A DNA stretch of 63,381 nt, the filler included, from Reclinomonas americana ATCC 50394 (Eukaryota), in NCBI GenBank assembly GCA_048213135.1. It is 8 parts of 3 records of this genome, joined end to end, with 100 filler letters (N's around TTAATTAATTAA, not from the genome) between each part and the next. Parts side by side here need not be neighbours in the genome. Positions count along the whole stretch, not along the records: positions 32,158 to 59,127 come from PS015159.1; positions 59,228 to 60,662 come from PS015160.1; positions 60,763 to 61,865 come from PS015160.1; positions 61,966 to 63,381 come from PS015167.1; 4 more parts are not named here. The stretch is one strand, 5' to 3'. A program made the translations under genes and the position numbers. The notes under the pieces were generated by a model. The model was not told where the DNA came from, did no database searches, and saw nothing but the letters and a program-made list of their open reading frames with translations. Positions 50,001-62,022 of this stretch are shown here, one piece after another (the first letter of the stretch is position 1; the number at the start of each line of letters is the position of its first letter).

Positions 50001-53000
50001 ATGCGCTGGCGCCGCCCACAATGGTGTAGGTGAACGACTCGCCGCTGTTGACATCGGTCGCACTCAACGTGCCGACGAGCACATTCGGCAGCGCCGTCGG
50101 CGGCGTGTACGTATTGTTCGACAACATAATGTCGGTGGGCGCGACGTTCACTACGCGCACGAGAGAGGTACGCTGATGAGCGGCGAGTGGAAAAACAGAG
50201 AAGGAATACAAAACGCACCTTCGCTGATGAAGAATTGGCGAGTGAACGATGCGCCAGCCGAATCAGTGGTGCGGATTAGCACCCCCAAATTGTTTCCGGT
50301 GAGCGCTGCCACGCTGGAACGCAGCGTGTTGCCGACAATGGAGAAGAAATTGGGGTTGAGGCCACTAACCACCGTATACGTAAATGTCTGGCAGCAGTTT
50401 GAGTCTTGCGTCGACAGGGTACCGATTACAGTGTTGATGGGGCATGGTAGGGAGTAGAGCACTGACGACAGCGAGATGTCCGATGGAGCAACATTTGCTG
50501 AACGGTTCGGGGACCACACGTGAGACACACAATGAAGGCAAAAGCACATGCATACACACACACCTTCATCGATCGTCAGCGTTTGTGTGAAGCTCAGCGA
50601 TGTGCTGTCGGTGACGCGCACTGTCACTGATAGCCCGTTACCGCGTTGTCCTGCAGTCTTGATGACCAGCAGCGACGACGACACAATGTCAAACAGGGAA
50701 GGTGCGGCTCCATTGACGATGGCGAACTGGAAAGTGTCGTTCACGTTGCCGTCGACGGCACTCAAAACTCCGACAATAGAATTGTCACTTGCGGTGGGCG
50801 GTATGTATGTGTAGGACGACAGAAGGATGCCCGTTGGTGTCGCAGGAGCTGGGCAAAGTAGGACCAGTAAATCAGACATTGACAAAAAACCACCATTGGC
50901 ACACGAGCAGCCGCCACGCAACAGTCGGTAATGGTGAATGTCTGATCAACGCTCGCGCCCGCCGCATCGGTACTGCGCACAGTAACCACGAAGCTGGCAC
51001 CCGTCTGACCGTTGTTCACAAACGCCAGCACATTGGCCACAGTCGTGAAAAGTGAGGCGTGAAGGCCGCCCACCACCGAGTAGGTGAAGCTGTCGACGGC
51101 ATTCACATCGGCTGTCGACAACACGCCGACTGCAAACAGAGCGGACGACGTCGGAGGACGGTATGTGGTGGACGAAATGGTGATGCCGGTGGGGGCCACG
51201 TTGTCTAAAATTGAGAAATGGTACGCAGTCAGAACGAGATGCACCGTGTGCGTGACAGGCTTGACCAAATGCGTGCGCAACTTTCGTTAATGACAAACGT
51301 CTGCGTAAATGTGCCCCCCTTGGCGTTGTCGGTGCGCACCTGCACCTCCAGTCCTGTTCCGCGTTGACCAGCGGTCACCAAGCACAAGGAGGAGCCACTG
51401 ACGGCAAAGAGGGCGGCATTCTGTCCACCAGTGATGCTGTATGTGTACACCGCGCCGACACCCGTGCTGACAGTCGTCAGGGCGCCCACGACAGTCATGG
51501 CGGCGGCCGTCGGCGGCGTGTATGTTTTTGCGGACAACAGAATGTCCGTTGGCATTGGATTCTCTGCGGATAGACAAGAACAGCATCGTCATCAAAGAGT
51601 CTCGTGCACAGCGGGAGAATGATTGACACCACACCTTCATCAATCGTAAACGTCACTTGCACGGTGCCTCGGGCGCCGTCGTCACTCTGGATAATGACCT
51701 CGAGGGAACTTCCCGTCTGCTTGACGTCATTCAACAGGAGACTGGAGCCGGAGATGGAGAAGAGGTCTCCAGAACCGCCGCCGACAATAGAATAGATGAA
51801 CTGCTGGCAGCAGTTGCGGTCGATCGTGGTCAACGTGCCGACCACAGTGTTGGTGGTCGCGGTAGGCGAAACATATGTCTTGGAGGACAGCTGAATGCCA
51901 GTGGGAATCACATTGGCTGCAACAAGTGAACAGTGAGTCACACAGAGAGGTAATGGAGAGCAAAGCAACGGGGATAGATCGACGCACCTTCGTTGACAGT
52001 GAATGACTTGGAGGTGGACAGACCCGACGAATCTGTGGACTGCACAGTGACGCCCAAGCCGTCACCGGTCTGACCAACGTTGCGCAGCATCAGCATGTTG
52101 CCCACGACGGTGAACAGGCTGGCCGGTGCACCAGTGGCGCTCACAATCGAGTACGAGAAGGAGTCCTGCACATTGCCGTCCACCGTACTGAGAGCGCCCA
52201 CCACCGTGTTGGTGGTGAGGGTGGGTGGCGTGTACGTCGACGAGGAGAGGCGAATGTCAGTGGGCGCCACCGGCACTGCAGGGAAACGCACAACTTCAAG
52301 TCAACACCAATAACACAGACACACACACGCACTTGGCACACTTGTCCACCCCACCATCGTTGACCACAAAGCGCTTGTCAAACGCCGCGCCTCCGTTATC
52401 CGTAGCCCGAATCACCACCTCCATGTTGGTGCCCGTCTGTCCAGCAGCGCGGATACGCAACAGGTTGCCGACGGCCTCGAAAACGGACGAAGAGCTCCCA
52501 CCGGCAATGCTAAATGTCACCGTGTCGCCCTGATTCGGGTCAGTGGCGCTCAACACACCGACCACAGTGCTGGTCAGTGATGTTGGCGGCTGGTACGTGG
52601 TGCCGGAGAGAGTGATATCAGTCGGTGCGAGGTTGACTGTACGCACAACGCGAGTCAGTACCAGCACACAAAAGACAAAGCGTACACAGTGATTGATGCA
52701 CCTACGGTGAACTGGAGCGTTCGACTGAGCGGCACATGAAAGCCGTCGTCCACCGACACTGTCACTTGCAGTGCACCACCCACAAGCGGGCCACTCTGGC
52801 TCACTCGCAGCTGGCTGCCGACCACCTGGAATGAGCTGGCGTCCGTGCCGCCCACAATCTGATAGGTGAATGTCTGGCAACAGTTGGCATCCACCGTCGA
52901 CAGATTGCAGACGAGGGAGCCAGGTGCGAGACCCAATGCAAAGCTCGAGGAATCGCAGTTGAGTTGCGACGGGAGCACGTTTTCTGAGCAATGTGGTCAG

Positions 53001-53778
53001 ATGCGCAAATGCGCAGACAATCTCGTCAACATCATGCACACCTTCGTTGACGGTGAAGGATGTGTCCGCCCACAAGCCGGTGGAGTCGGTGACCCGGACC
53101 ACCACCGCCAGCCCATTGCCTGTTTGTCCGCTGTTCAGCAGTGCCAACTTGGCGCCGCCGACAATGGTGAAGAGCGACGCCTGCGCGCCACCGACCACGG
53201 TAAACGATGCCGTATCATTCACGTTGCCGTCGACAGCCGACAGCGTGCCGACCACCAAATTGGCGGAGGGTGTCGGCGGAGTGTACGAGTTGCGCGACAG
53301 CGTAGCTCCGGTAGGTGCAACAGGAACTGCGGAGGGCGAGCATCATGAGCACATGCAACATCTTAGGAAGGCACACGCTGCATCGACCAACCGTCGTTGA
53401 CGACCAGTGACACGTCGACCGACAGAGACGGCTTGCCTGAATCGGAGCTGCGCACTATGACTTGGAGACCGGTGCCTCGCTGACCGGCTGCAGATAATCG
53501 CAGCTGGCCAAGCTGCGAGACGTTGAACAGCGCCGCGTCGGTGCCGCCCACAATCGAGTANNNNNNNNNNNNNNNNNNNNNNNNNNNNNNNNNNNNNNNN
53601 NNNNNNNNNNNNNNNNNNNNNNNNNNNNNNNNNNNNNNNNNNNNNNNNNNNNNNNNNNNNNNNNNNNNNNNNNNNNNNNNNNNNNNNNNNNNNNNNNNNN
53701 NNNNNNNNNNNNNNNNNNNNNNNNNNNNNNNNNNNNNNNNNNNNNNNNNNNNNNTACGTACGTACGACGTACGACGAC

Positions 53779-53863
<85 letters not shown>

Positions 53864-56408
53864 AGACACACATAGGCAGACACACAAACCCTCGTTAATA
53901 AGGAATGATGTGGAGAAGGAGGCACTCATGGAATCCGTGGTGCGAACGGTGACTTGTCGCTGGTTGCCGCTGAGGCCGGTAGCGACCACACGCAGCTGAT
54001 TCCCAACCAATGTGAAGCTGGCCTGGTCCGTACCACCGACAATTGCGTAGGTGAACGTCTGGCAGCAATTGCCGTCCACAGTGGTCAGCGAGCCGACAAT
54101 GGCGCCCACCGTGGCAGGAACGGCATACGTGGCAGACGACAGGATGAGACCAGAGGGCGGCACATTGGCTGCCCCCCGATGCACAATGAAATGAGACTGC
54201 ACGCTCCACAGCGGACCAACACAGACGCACACACAAAAAAAAGCTCGCCAGACCTTCGTTAATGGTGAACGATTTGGTGAACGTGAGGTTGCTGGCGTCT
54301 GTCACGCGAATTTGCACGACCAGACCGTCGCCGGTTTGCCCGGCGTTCTTCAGCAACAGCGACGAACTCGACACATTGAACAGGGCTGCCGACGCGCCAC
54401 CGACAATCGAGTACGTGTATGATGCCGAGCCTCCGATCTGCACGGTACTGAGCTGCCCGATGGTGATGTTCGTAGCACTTGATGGCGGCAGGTACGTGTT
54501 GGACGACAACAGTATGTCGGTAGGCATCGCCACTGGTAGCGGGTGAGGATCACCAATAATGTGATAGCACGTTGTCGCGCACAGCACTCACCAGCAGTAA
54601 TAACAAATGACTTGGTAAACGTGAGCTGCGACGAATCCTGCACTTGCACTTGCACGGCAAGATTGGTACCCGACTGGCCAGTCGACCGCAGACACAAGGC
54701 ATTGCCGATCACGGTAAACAGCGCGGCATCCGCTCCACCTACCACCGAAAACGTGAATGTATCCGTTGTATCATTGCCCACCGCCGCCAGGATGCCAACT
54801 TGCTGATTGTTCGAGGTCGTCGGCGCGGCGTAGCTTGTGGATGAGAGCGTAATGTCGGTGGGTGGATACACAGCTGTGTAACGATGAGTGGGTGGGTGGG
54901 TGGTTGTACAGAAACACAGCCGACAGAGAGTAGGCGGACTTACCCTGCAGGGTAAAGGTCTTGGTGTACGTGAAGCCGCCGACGGGGTCATCGGCGCCAA
55001 TCGTCACTTGCAGCGATGAGCCACTGATGCCGCCGGCAGCCGAAACCCGCAGCTGATTGCCAGCGACAATGGCGACACTCGCGGCATCGAGCCCTCCCAC
55101 CACGGAGTGTGTGACCACTGCGGGAGTGCAAGCGGAGGCCGGGATCAAGGTTGTCACGCCCGCGCCAATCTGCCACCCGACTGACGCCCACTTGCTTCCG
55201 CTGCTCCACTTGTGTCGCACTCGCAAGTACACCACGGTGCCGGCTTGCAACGAGAGCGGACTGGACGCTTGCGTCGCGGACTGTGTCCACTGCTGGTAGC
55301 CAGTGGCCGCAGACGTGTACGCTATTTGTGTGGCGGTGCTGCGCGAGCCGGTGGCACTGAATTCAAGCACAGCGTCCTGCACAAAAATGGGTGAGCGTGG
55401 CTCTCGAGCAGAGAAGAAGAGAGGGACACACAGCACGCAACATTACTGGCGGCCACGTAAAACGTGTACGTGGCAGTGGAAGGTATGGTGACAAAGGCTT
55501 GGAGGCGAGCGGCGAATGGAAGCGATTCCGAAGAGGTGCCCTCGAAGCCATTTGTGACCACACGGCACACATTGGGGGTGGTTATCCACGAGAAGCTCGC
55601 CACCGTGGAGCCACTGGCATTTTGCCACACCTCTTCGTAGACGCCGTTGGAGCTGTTCGCCTGCGAGTGACACCAGTTGGCGTCCGTTGCCGTCAGCGTG
55701 CCGAGCAACACGCCAGAGGCTGTCGGCGACACAAAAGTCGAGGTCGACAGTGAAATGTTGCTCGGCGACACATTCGCTGTGGTGTTGTACACGCAAAGAC
55801 AATAAGGGACACATTGTGGAGGAGCAGTGAGTGATATGCACGGCGCACGAAACTCTCGGCGATCGTAAACACCGACTCGGAGTACAGGCCACCGAGGTCG
55901 GTGACGCGCACCGTGACCGACAAGTTCGTACCCGAGACGCCGGTATTCGCGATGAGCAACTGCGTGCCGACAATGATGAACTGGCCGGCGGTGCTCTGCG
56001 CGGTAATGCTGTACGTCAGCTGGTCATTGCTGTTTGTGTCGGTTGCCGACAGCGTGCCAACGACAGTGTTGGTCATCGTGGTTGGGGCGGTGTAGAACGT
56101 GTTGGAGAGAGCCGGAGCCGTGGGAGCAGAGTTGGCTGTCCATTACACAGCGATGAGTGGTGACACGATGGAAAAAGGGGAGGCAGCATAAACCCGAAAC
56201 GCACCGACTGTCACGTAGACGGTCTCCAGGCGGCGGTACGGCGTCGATGGAGCAAAGCGCAGGCACACGTCGTAGGCTCCACTTGCGGCTGCAGGATAAA
56301 GCGACTCGATGAGATGCGCTCCTTATGATGGGTGCACAGAGGGAGAGAGAGGGTAGTAGGGGCAAGGAGTACTTGAAATGCAACAAGGCATGACCAAAGC
56401 AAGATAGG

Positions 56409-56469
<61 letters not shown>

Positions 56470-58259
56470 GACGACGACGACGTACGTACGTAGTACGGTA
56501 CGTACGACGAACGTAACGTAACGTAACGTACGGTACGGTACGGTACGGTACGGTACGGACGGACCGGTACCGGTACGGTACGGTAGGTAGTAGGTAACGG
56601 TAACGGTAACGGTACGGNNNNNNNNNNNNNNNNNNNNGAGAGAGAGAGAGAGCACAACGCACTTGACGAGGTATTGGCCAGCAATACAATGGTCGGATAC
56701 GTGCAGGCCGACTGAGTGATTGAGAACACGGGTGAGCCACTGCACGGCGTCGCACTGGCAGCGTATCCTCTGGCTGCGGTCGCGTCGATGGGAACGTACA
56801 GCAAGCCGACGCCCGTCAGCGTAATGGCCACAGAACTTGAGGCGGCGATGTTGCGCGGCGATACCGCAGTCACCGAGACTTTTGGCATGCGGCAGGGTGA
56901 GCGAGAACGGCGAAGGGAAACAGGCGGGCGAGATGAAAAACGCAACAAACAGAGAACGGATAGGCCGTCATGTACGCCTTGGTCGATGCCCAGCGAATGC
57001 ACAGCTGGTAGTTGCCTGCCATTTTTGCATTCCCACAAAGTGAGTGCGAAAGTACTGCAGCAGACAGCGTTGCTTCTTGCTCACCTCCAGTGGCGCCAGT
57101 GGCCACCACAGACAACACCATGGACGTCGGCAACGTGGCAGACGTCACCGAGATGGAAATGTTGGGCACGATTCTCGGTGCCGAACAGGCGGTACTGGAG
57201 ATAATAGCACCATTCGCATCACCGGAGATGCTAGTCATGCCACAGCCGGCGATTGTGATACTGGTCGTGCTGGTCGCCGCAATCACTCGCGGCTGCACAA
57301 CATACACAGCGGCTGCAATGCGGATGAGGGCATGAGTGTAAGAACTGACGTGCACACTAGAGATGAGGAGGCCCGGCATGCCACGTACCCGGATCGGCCA
57401 GAATCTGCATGTAGTGCTCTCCCTGTGTTGTGTGGCAGGCACAGGTGAGTTTAAGCGCGGCGTATTTATGATGGAGGCTGTGAGCACGACGCACCTGTTG
57501 TGCATAGACCAGTGCATTTGAGCCCGGGAACGCGACAACACCTGACGGGTTGGTGACGGTGCCACTGTGTAGTAGGTGCATAATATTGAGTATTCTTGAA
57601 GATCAGCAACTTTGTTTAACCAACATGTACCTCACAGGCGACAGTGTGTCGACGTAGTTGATCGCGTATCGCAGGCGTCGAATAGCAGATGCGCCCTGCG
57701 AAGCACAGTAGCAGTGAGCGACCGCGGAGAGTCAAACATCGGACGTTGGTGTGAACGCAACTCTGTCGGCAATAAACACATCGCCACCACTGTTCACATC
57801 TACATCGTCCGGCTGCATGAACATGGCCGTCGTCGTGGCCGGACCGTCCACAAATCCACTCACGCTGGTGCCAGCCACAGTCGAGACCGTGGCTAATAAA
57901 CACAGTGTCATTATTTTCGGGCGAGAGTGTTAGGTGAAGGAGAGCACATAAATACACTCACCAGTGGTGGATGTCAGCAGACGAATGAGATAGTCGCTGC
58001 CGGTCGTCAGCAACTGTGTGGTCGACTGGAGGGCGACGGAAGTCGGACCGGCAAAGGTGGCTGACGTGAAGGAGCCGTCAGTGGAGCCCGAGGAACCGGT
58101 GCCGGCGTAGGTGTACACAGTGGATGACACGAGGTCGATGCGGCGGATCACCCGCGACACCTGTGGAGGCGAAAGTGAGATAAAGAAGGAGAAGGAGAGA
58201 AGGAGAGGGAGGGAGGGAGGGAAAAGGGGAGAGAGAGAGAATGAGAGGGAAGAGAGAGG

Positions 58260-58334
<75 letters not shown>

Positions 58335-58520
58335 CGACGACGAACGACGNNNNNNNNNNNNNNNNNNNNNNNNNNNNNNNNNNNNNNNNNNNNNNNNNNN
58401 NNNNNNNNNNNNNNNNNNNNNNNNNNNNNNNNNNNNNNNNNNNNNNNNNNNNNNNNNNNNNNNNNNNNNNNNNNNNNNNNNNNNNNNNNNNNNNNNNNNN
58501 NNNNNNNNNNNGAGAGAGAC

Positions 58521-58590
<70 letters not shown>

Positions 58591-59127
58591 GGATCAGCAA
58601 TATACAGGTTGCGTGATGTCGAGTCGAGCACCATGCCGCGCGGTGACCTACAGAGGTCGAGGTTGAGCGGTGAAGCCGATGAGAGCACATGAAGCGAGAC
58701 GAACGCACTCGAAGGTAGCAGAGAGTACGGGGCCGTCAGTGAGACCGGCACCGCCGGTGCCGGCCAGCGTGGTCACCAATCGCGTGTTGAAAGACAGCGC
58801 CTTGATTTTGCGGTTGTTTGTGTCCGCCACGTAAATCATGCGCAAGACCTCGTCGAGGGCGATGCCACTTGGATTATTGTAGCGCGCCGAACTCCAGGTG
58901 GCATCTGCGGTGTGCATCGTTAGAAAAACCGTGACAGAACATGGTGAGAGCGACGTACGCACTTATATCGCCGGCTGAACCATCAGTCGTTCCGGAGAGC
59001 GAACCGGTAAATCCTACCGAACGAGAATTGCGAACTGGTGAGTGCCACGATCGCACACAACACGTGCGTGCGTGAGCGCGTGCCACGCACCAAACGTGGT
59101 AATAAAGCCGACATAGTTGCGTGTATT
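38065..59127 (-). CDS. Giant polycystin-1/REJ-GPS-like membrane protein (5' partial): NHL repeats, TIG-like domains, ~22 cadherin-like repeats with PA14 insert, 3 FN3, REJ-like region, GPS, ~5 TM
   Basis: NHL ARYNNPSGIALD..YVADTNNRKIK. Repeats APTDITLS..VGTLSATD..FTYSIVGG..VRxTD..FxIxE. FN3 FTGLDPYAEYSARVRASNSAGDGPW. REJ SPDSGTAWQTSFTFSATGFGD..LLPAG..VRIQDKFGA. GPS CQYWN..THMTEFSV. Polycystin TM motifs SEHVWV..FRRPQKLT, LPYALVYVGYILC and IIEPLRLVL. Stop at 38065. Confidence 0.75.
47748..56130 (-). repeat. Array of ~22 cadherin-like domain exons (~285 nt exon plus ~70 nt intron period)
   Basis: Each ~95-aa repeat ends F-x-(I/V)-x-(E/D) at a phase-1 donor. Confidence 0.85.
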
Positions 59128-59622
59128 NNNNNNNNNNNNNNNNNNNNNNNNNNNNNNNNNNNNNNNNNNNNTTAATTAATTAANNNNNNNNNNNNNNNNN
59201 NNNNNNNNNNNNNNNNNNNNNNNNNNNGGAGGAGAGGGGAGGAGAGGGAGGAGAAGGAGGGGTGGGAGGAGAGGAGAGGGGAGGAGAGGGAGGAGAGGGA
59301 GGAGAGGGAAGAGAGGGGAGGAGAGGGAGAGAGAGACAGACAGACAGACAGACAGAGAGAGACACAGAGAGCACAAGCACACAGCACAGAGATAGAGACA
59401 GACAAACGGACAGGCAGGCAGGCAGACAGACAAACAGAGAGAGACAGATAGAGTAGAGAGAGACAGCGAGAGAGAGGCAGACAGAGCAAATAAGCACAGA
59501 GAGTGTCTGTGAGAGAGTAAACAGATTGAGAAACAGAAAGAGAAAGAGAGACACATAGACACGCAGGCAAACAGACAAACAGACTGGCACTCTCTCTATC
59601 TCACTTAATCTCGCACTCTGCA

Positions 59623-60560
59623 CCTTTCAGTCCATACACGCGCGCCGTGAAATCTCCCTGCAGTGTAATCACCACCACCGTTTTGCGAGACTCCGACTCC
59701 TCCTCCGTCATATCCCACGTGCACACGATCTTGAAATTGTCGTCGTACGGCACCTGCTCCAGCTGCACGCGATGCACGGCGGTGAACCGATGTGGCGACA
59801 GGCGCACCTCCTCTAATACGCGACACCTGCACAAGGACGACATTCGCATCGAAGACAATAAAAGCGCCTCAAAGTCTCGAGATGGTCGCGCAACTTGACA
59901 GTGTGCTTGTCGATCAGAGACTTGAGGGCGAACGGTGGGTTGATGTGCGTGCGGAAGGTGCTGACGCGGGTGAGGATCTCTCCATTCTCTTTCCAGGGGC
60001 CAATGATGAGCTCTGTGAAGTGGAGGGGAAAGGGGAAGCAAGTGGAAGGTGAACGTCACGGCAGAGAGGATAGAGATGAGAGATGCACAGAGAGAGAGAG
60101 ATAGAGAGACACAAGTGATAGTGAGAGACAAGTGCAGAACTTGCTGCCTCATTTTGCAATGTATACAACTGTGAGTGCAGAGATAGGGATGCACAGAGAA
60201 AGAAGGGAGGGAGGGAGAGAGAGAGAAGGGAGGAGAGAACAGAACGAGAGTCGAGGACGAGAGCTTCTCAGGCACGTGCGTGTAAGAAAGAGAGAGAGAG
60301 AGAGAGGCAAGAGAGTAAGGTGAGAGAGGAGAGTGTCGCCAAGTGTGCAGTTGTGAACCCATTATGCGAGTGCAGCGATGGAAACGCAATGAGAGAGAGA
60401 GAGAGAGAGATAGGGAGACAAGAGAACAGAGCTCTCTTTCTTGCATCGCCAAGTACTCCATTCTTGAATGCAGCGACGGAGATGCACAGACAGAGTACGA
60501 GAGAGAAGACTGCACAACTCACTACCTCGTCATACCAAGTGCACACAGCTTCACAGGCAC
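59623..60560 (-). CDS. VASt (StART-like sterol transfer) domain protein fragment
   Basis: ELIIGPWKENGEILTRVSTFRTHINPPF and VQLEQVPYDDNFKIVCTWDM.., matching the VASt DVPYxDxF-x-V-x3-W motif. Confidence 0.65.
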
Positions 60561-60763
60561 GAGAGACAGAGAGCGACAAAGACACACACACACTGAAAAA
60601 TCATCTGTGTCTCATCTCTCACTCATTCACTCACTCTCTATCTCACTCTGTGCCACCCACTANNNNNNNNNNNNNNNNNNNNNNNNNNNNNNNNNNNNNN
60701 NNNNNNTTAATTAATTAANNNNNNNNNNNNNNNNNNNNNNNNNNNNNNNNNNNNNNNNNNNNT

Positions 60764-61810
60764 GCTCCCGCTCGCGCTCCATCGCCGCCGCCTCCACCAC
60801 CACCGCCACCACCACCGCCTGCCGCCGCGCCGTCTCCACCAAAAGAGGCGAGGAAAGCTCACAAGCAGGAAGAGGAGGAGGAGGACGAGGGCCCACCCCG
60901 TCCACCACCACCACCACCAAGAGGCGACGCAGAAATGTCGGACAGTGACGAAGAGCAGGGACCGCCACGGCCGCCACCGGCAGCTCAAGGCGCCGACCTC
61001 TCCGACGACGAGCAGGGTCCACCAAGACCTCCACCGCCCAGCGACGACATGTCGGACGACGAAGCTGGCCCACCGCGACCCAATCCTGGTCAGGACCAAG
61101 GGGAAGACGACGACGAGGCTGCTGGTGCCGGCGGTCCACAATCGCCGTCTGCTTCTGCATCGCCGTACGCTCCGCTGCTGATTACCGTCAAAGACGATAG
61201 TCGTGTCAGTCGCTGTTGAGTCCCTCATTTCCCCTTCCTCCTTTTTCCAGTGGTGCTCCGCCTCACTCACGCTGTCTCCGTCGCAGCTCTCGACTTTGGC
61301 GAGTTGTACGAGACGGCACTGCCGTGTGCGGACATGTACGAGCGCAGCTACATGCACCGCGCCACAGTGACGCACACCATGGTGTCGTCCACCAACTTTG
61401 TCATTACGGCGTCGGAGGATGGTCATGTCAAATTCTGGAAGAAGATGCCCGAGGGTATCGAGTTTGTGAAGAACTACCGCGCTCATCTCGGTGTGTGTTG
61501 GAGCTGTCGTCCGTGCACTCTCTGCGTCAGTGATTCATTTGTCTGGTCTGTCAGGCCCTGTACGAGGAATGGCACTGAGCCACAATGGCGCGTACCTGTG
61601 CACGACATGCCCGCAAGACAAGCAACTCAAGACGTTTGATGTGGTGACATTCGGTGAGTGCTCTCTCATTCTCCAGCCTCTTCTCTTCCCGTCTTTGGCC
61701 TCATTTCTCACCTGCATTGACAGACCTCATCAACCCTGTGGAGCTGCCGTTTGCACCCGTTCTCTGCGAAATCTTGCGCCTGAAGGACGAGCCGCAACTG
61801 CGTGTCGCTG
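60764..61810 (+). CDS. PPWD1: Peptidylprolyl isomerase domain and WD repeat protein 1 (partial, WD40 part)
   Basis: LPCADMYERSYMHRATVTHTMVSSTNFVITASEDGHVKFWKKMPEGIEFVKNYRAHL|GPV..DKQLKTFDVVTF|DLIN. Confidence 0.92.
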
Positions 61811-62022
61811 TGTTGCGTTACTTTTCTTGCTTTCGAGAAACACTGGTGTCGGCGACTGACTAAGANNNNNNNNNNNNNNNNNNNNNNNNNNNNNNNNNNN
61901 NNNNNNNNNTTAATTAATTAANNNNNNNNNNNNNNNNNNNNNNNNNNNNNNNNNNNNNNNNNNNNTTGTTGTGCGTTTGTCTCTGTGTGTCTGGCTCACC
62001 AAAAACCCTCCCCAACATCGCA

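Noticed and set aside
56468-56617. TACG/GGTAC/GTAAC periodic sequence (also 1-110, ~27930-28040, ~53755-53780) as telomeric or novel satellite repeats
   Set aside because: It always abuts long microsatellites at contig ends and follows the TACG flow order, which is typical of pyrosequencing dephasing artefacts.
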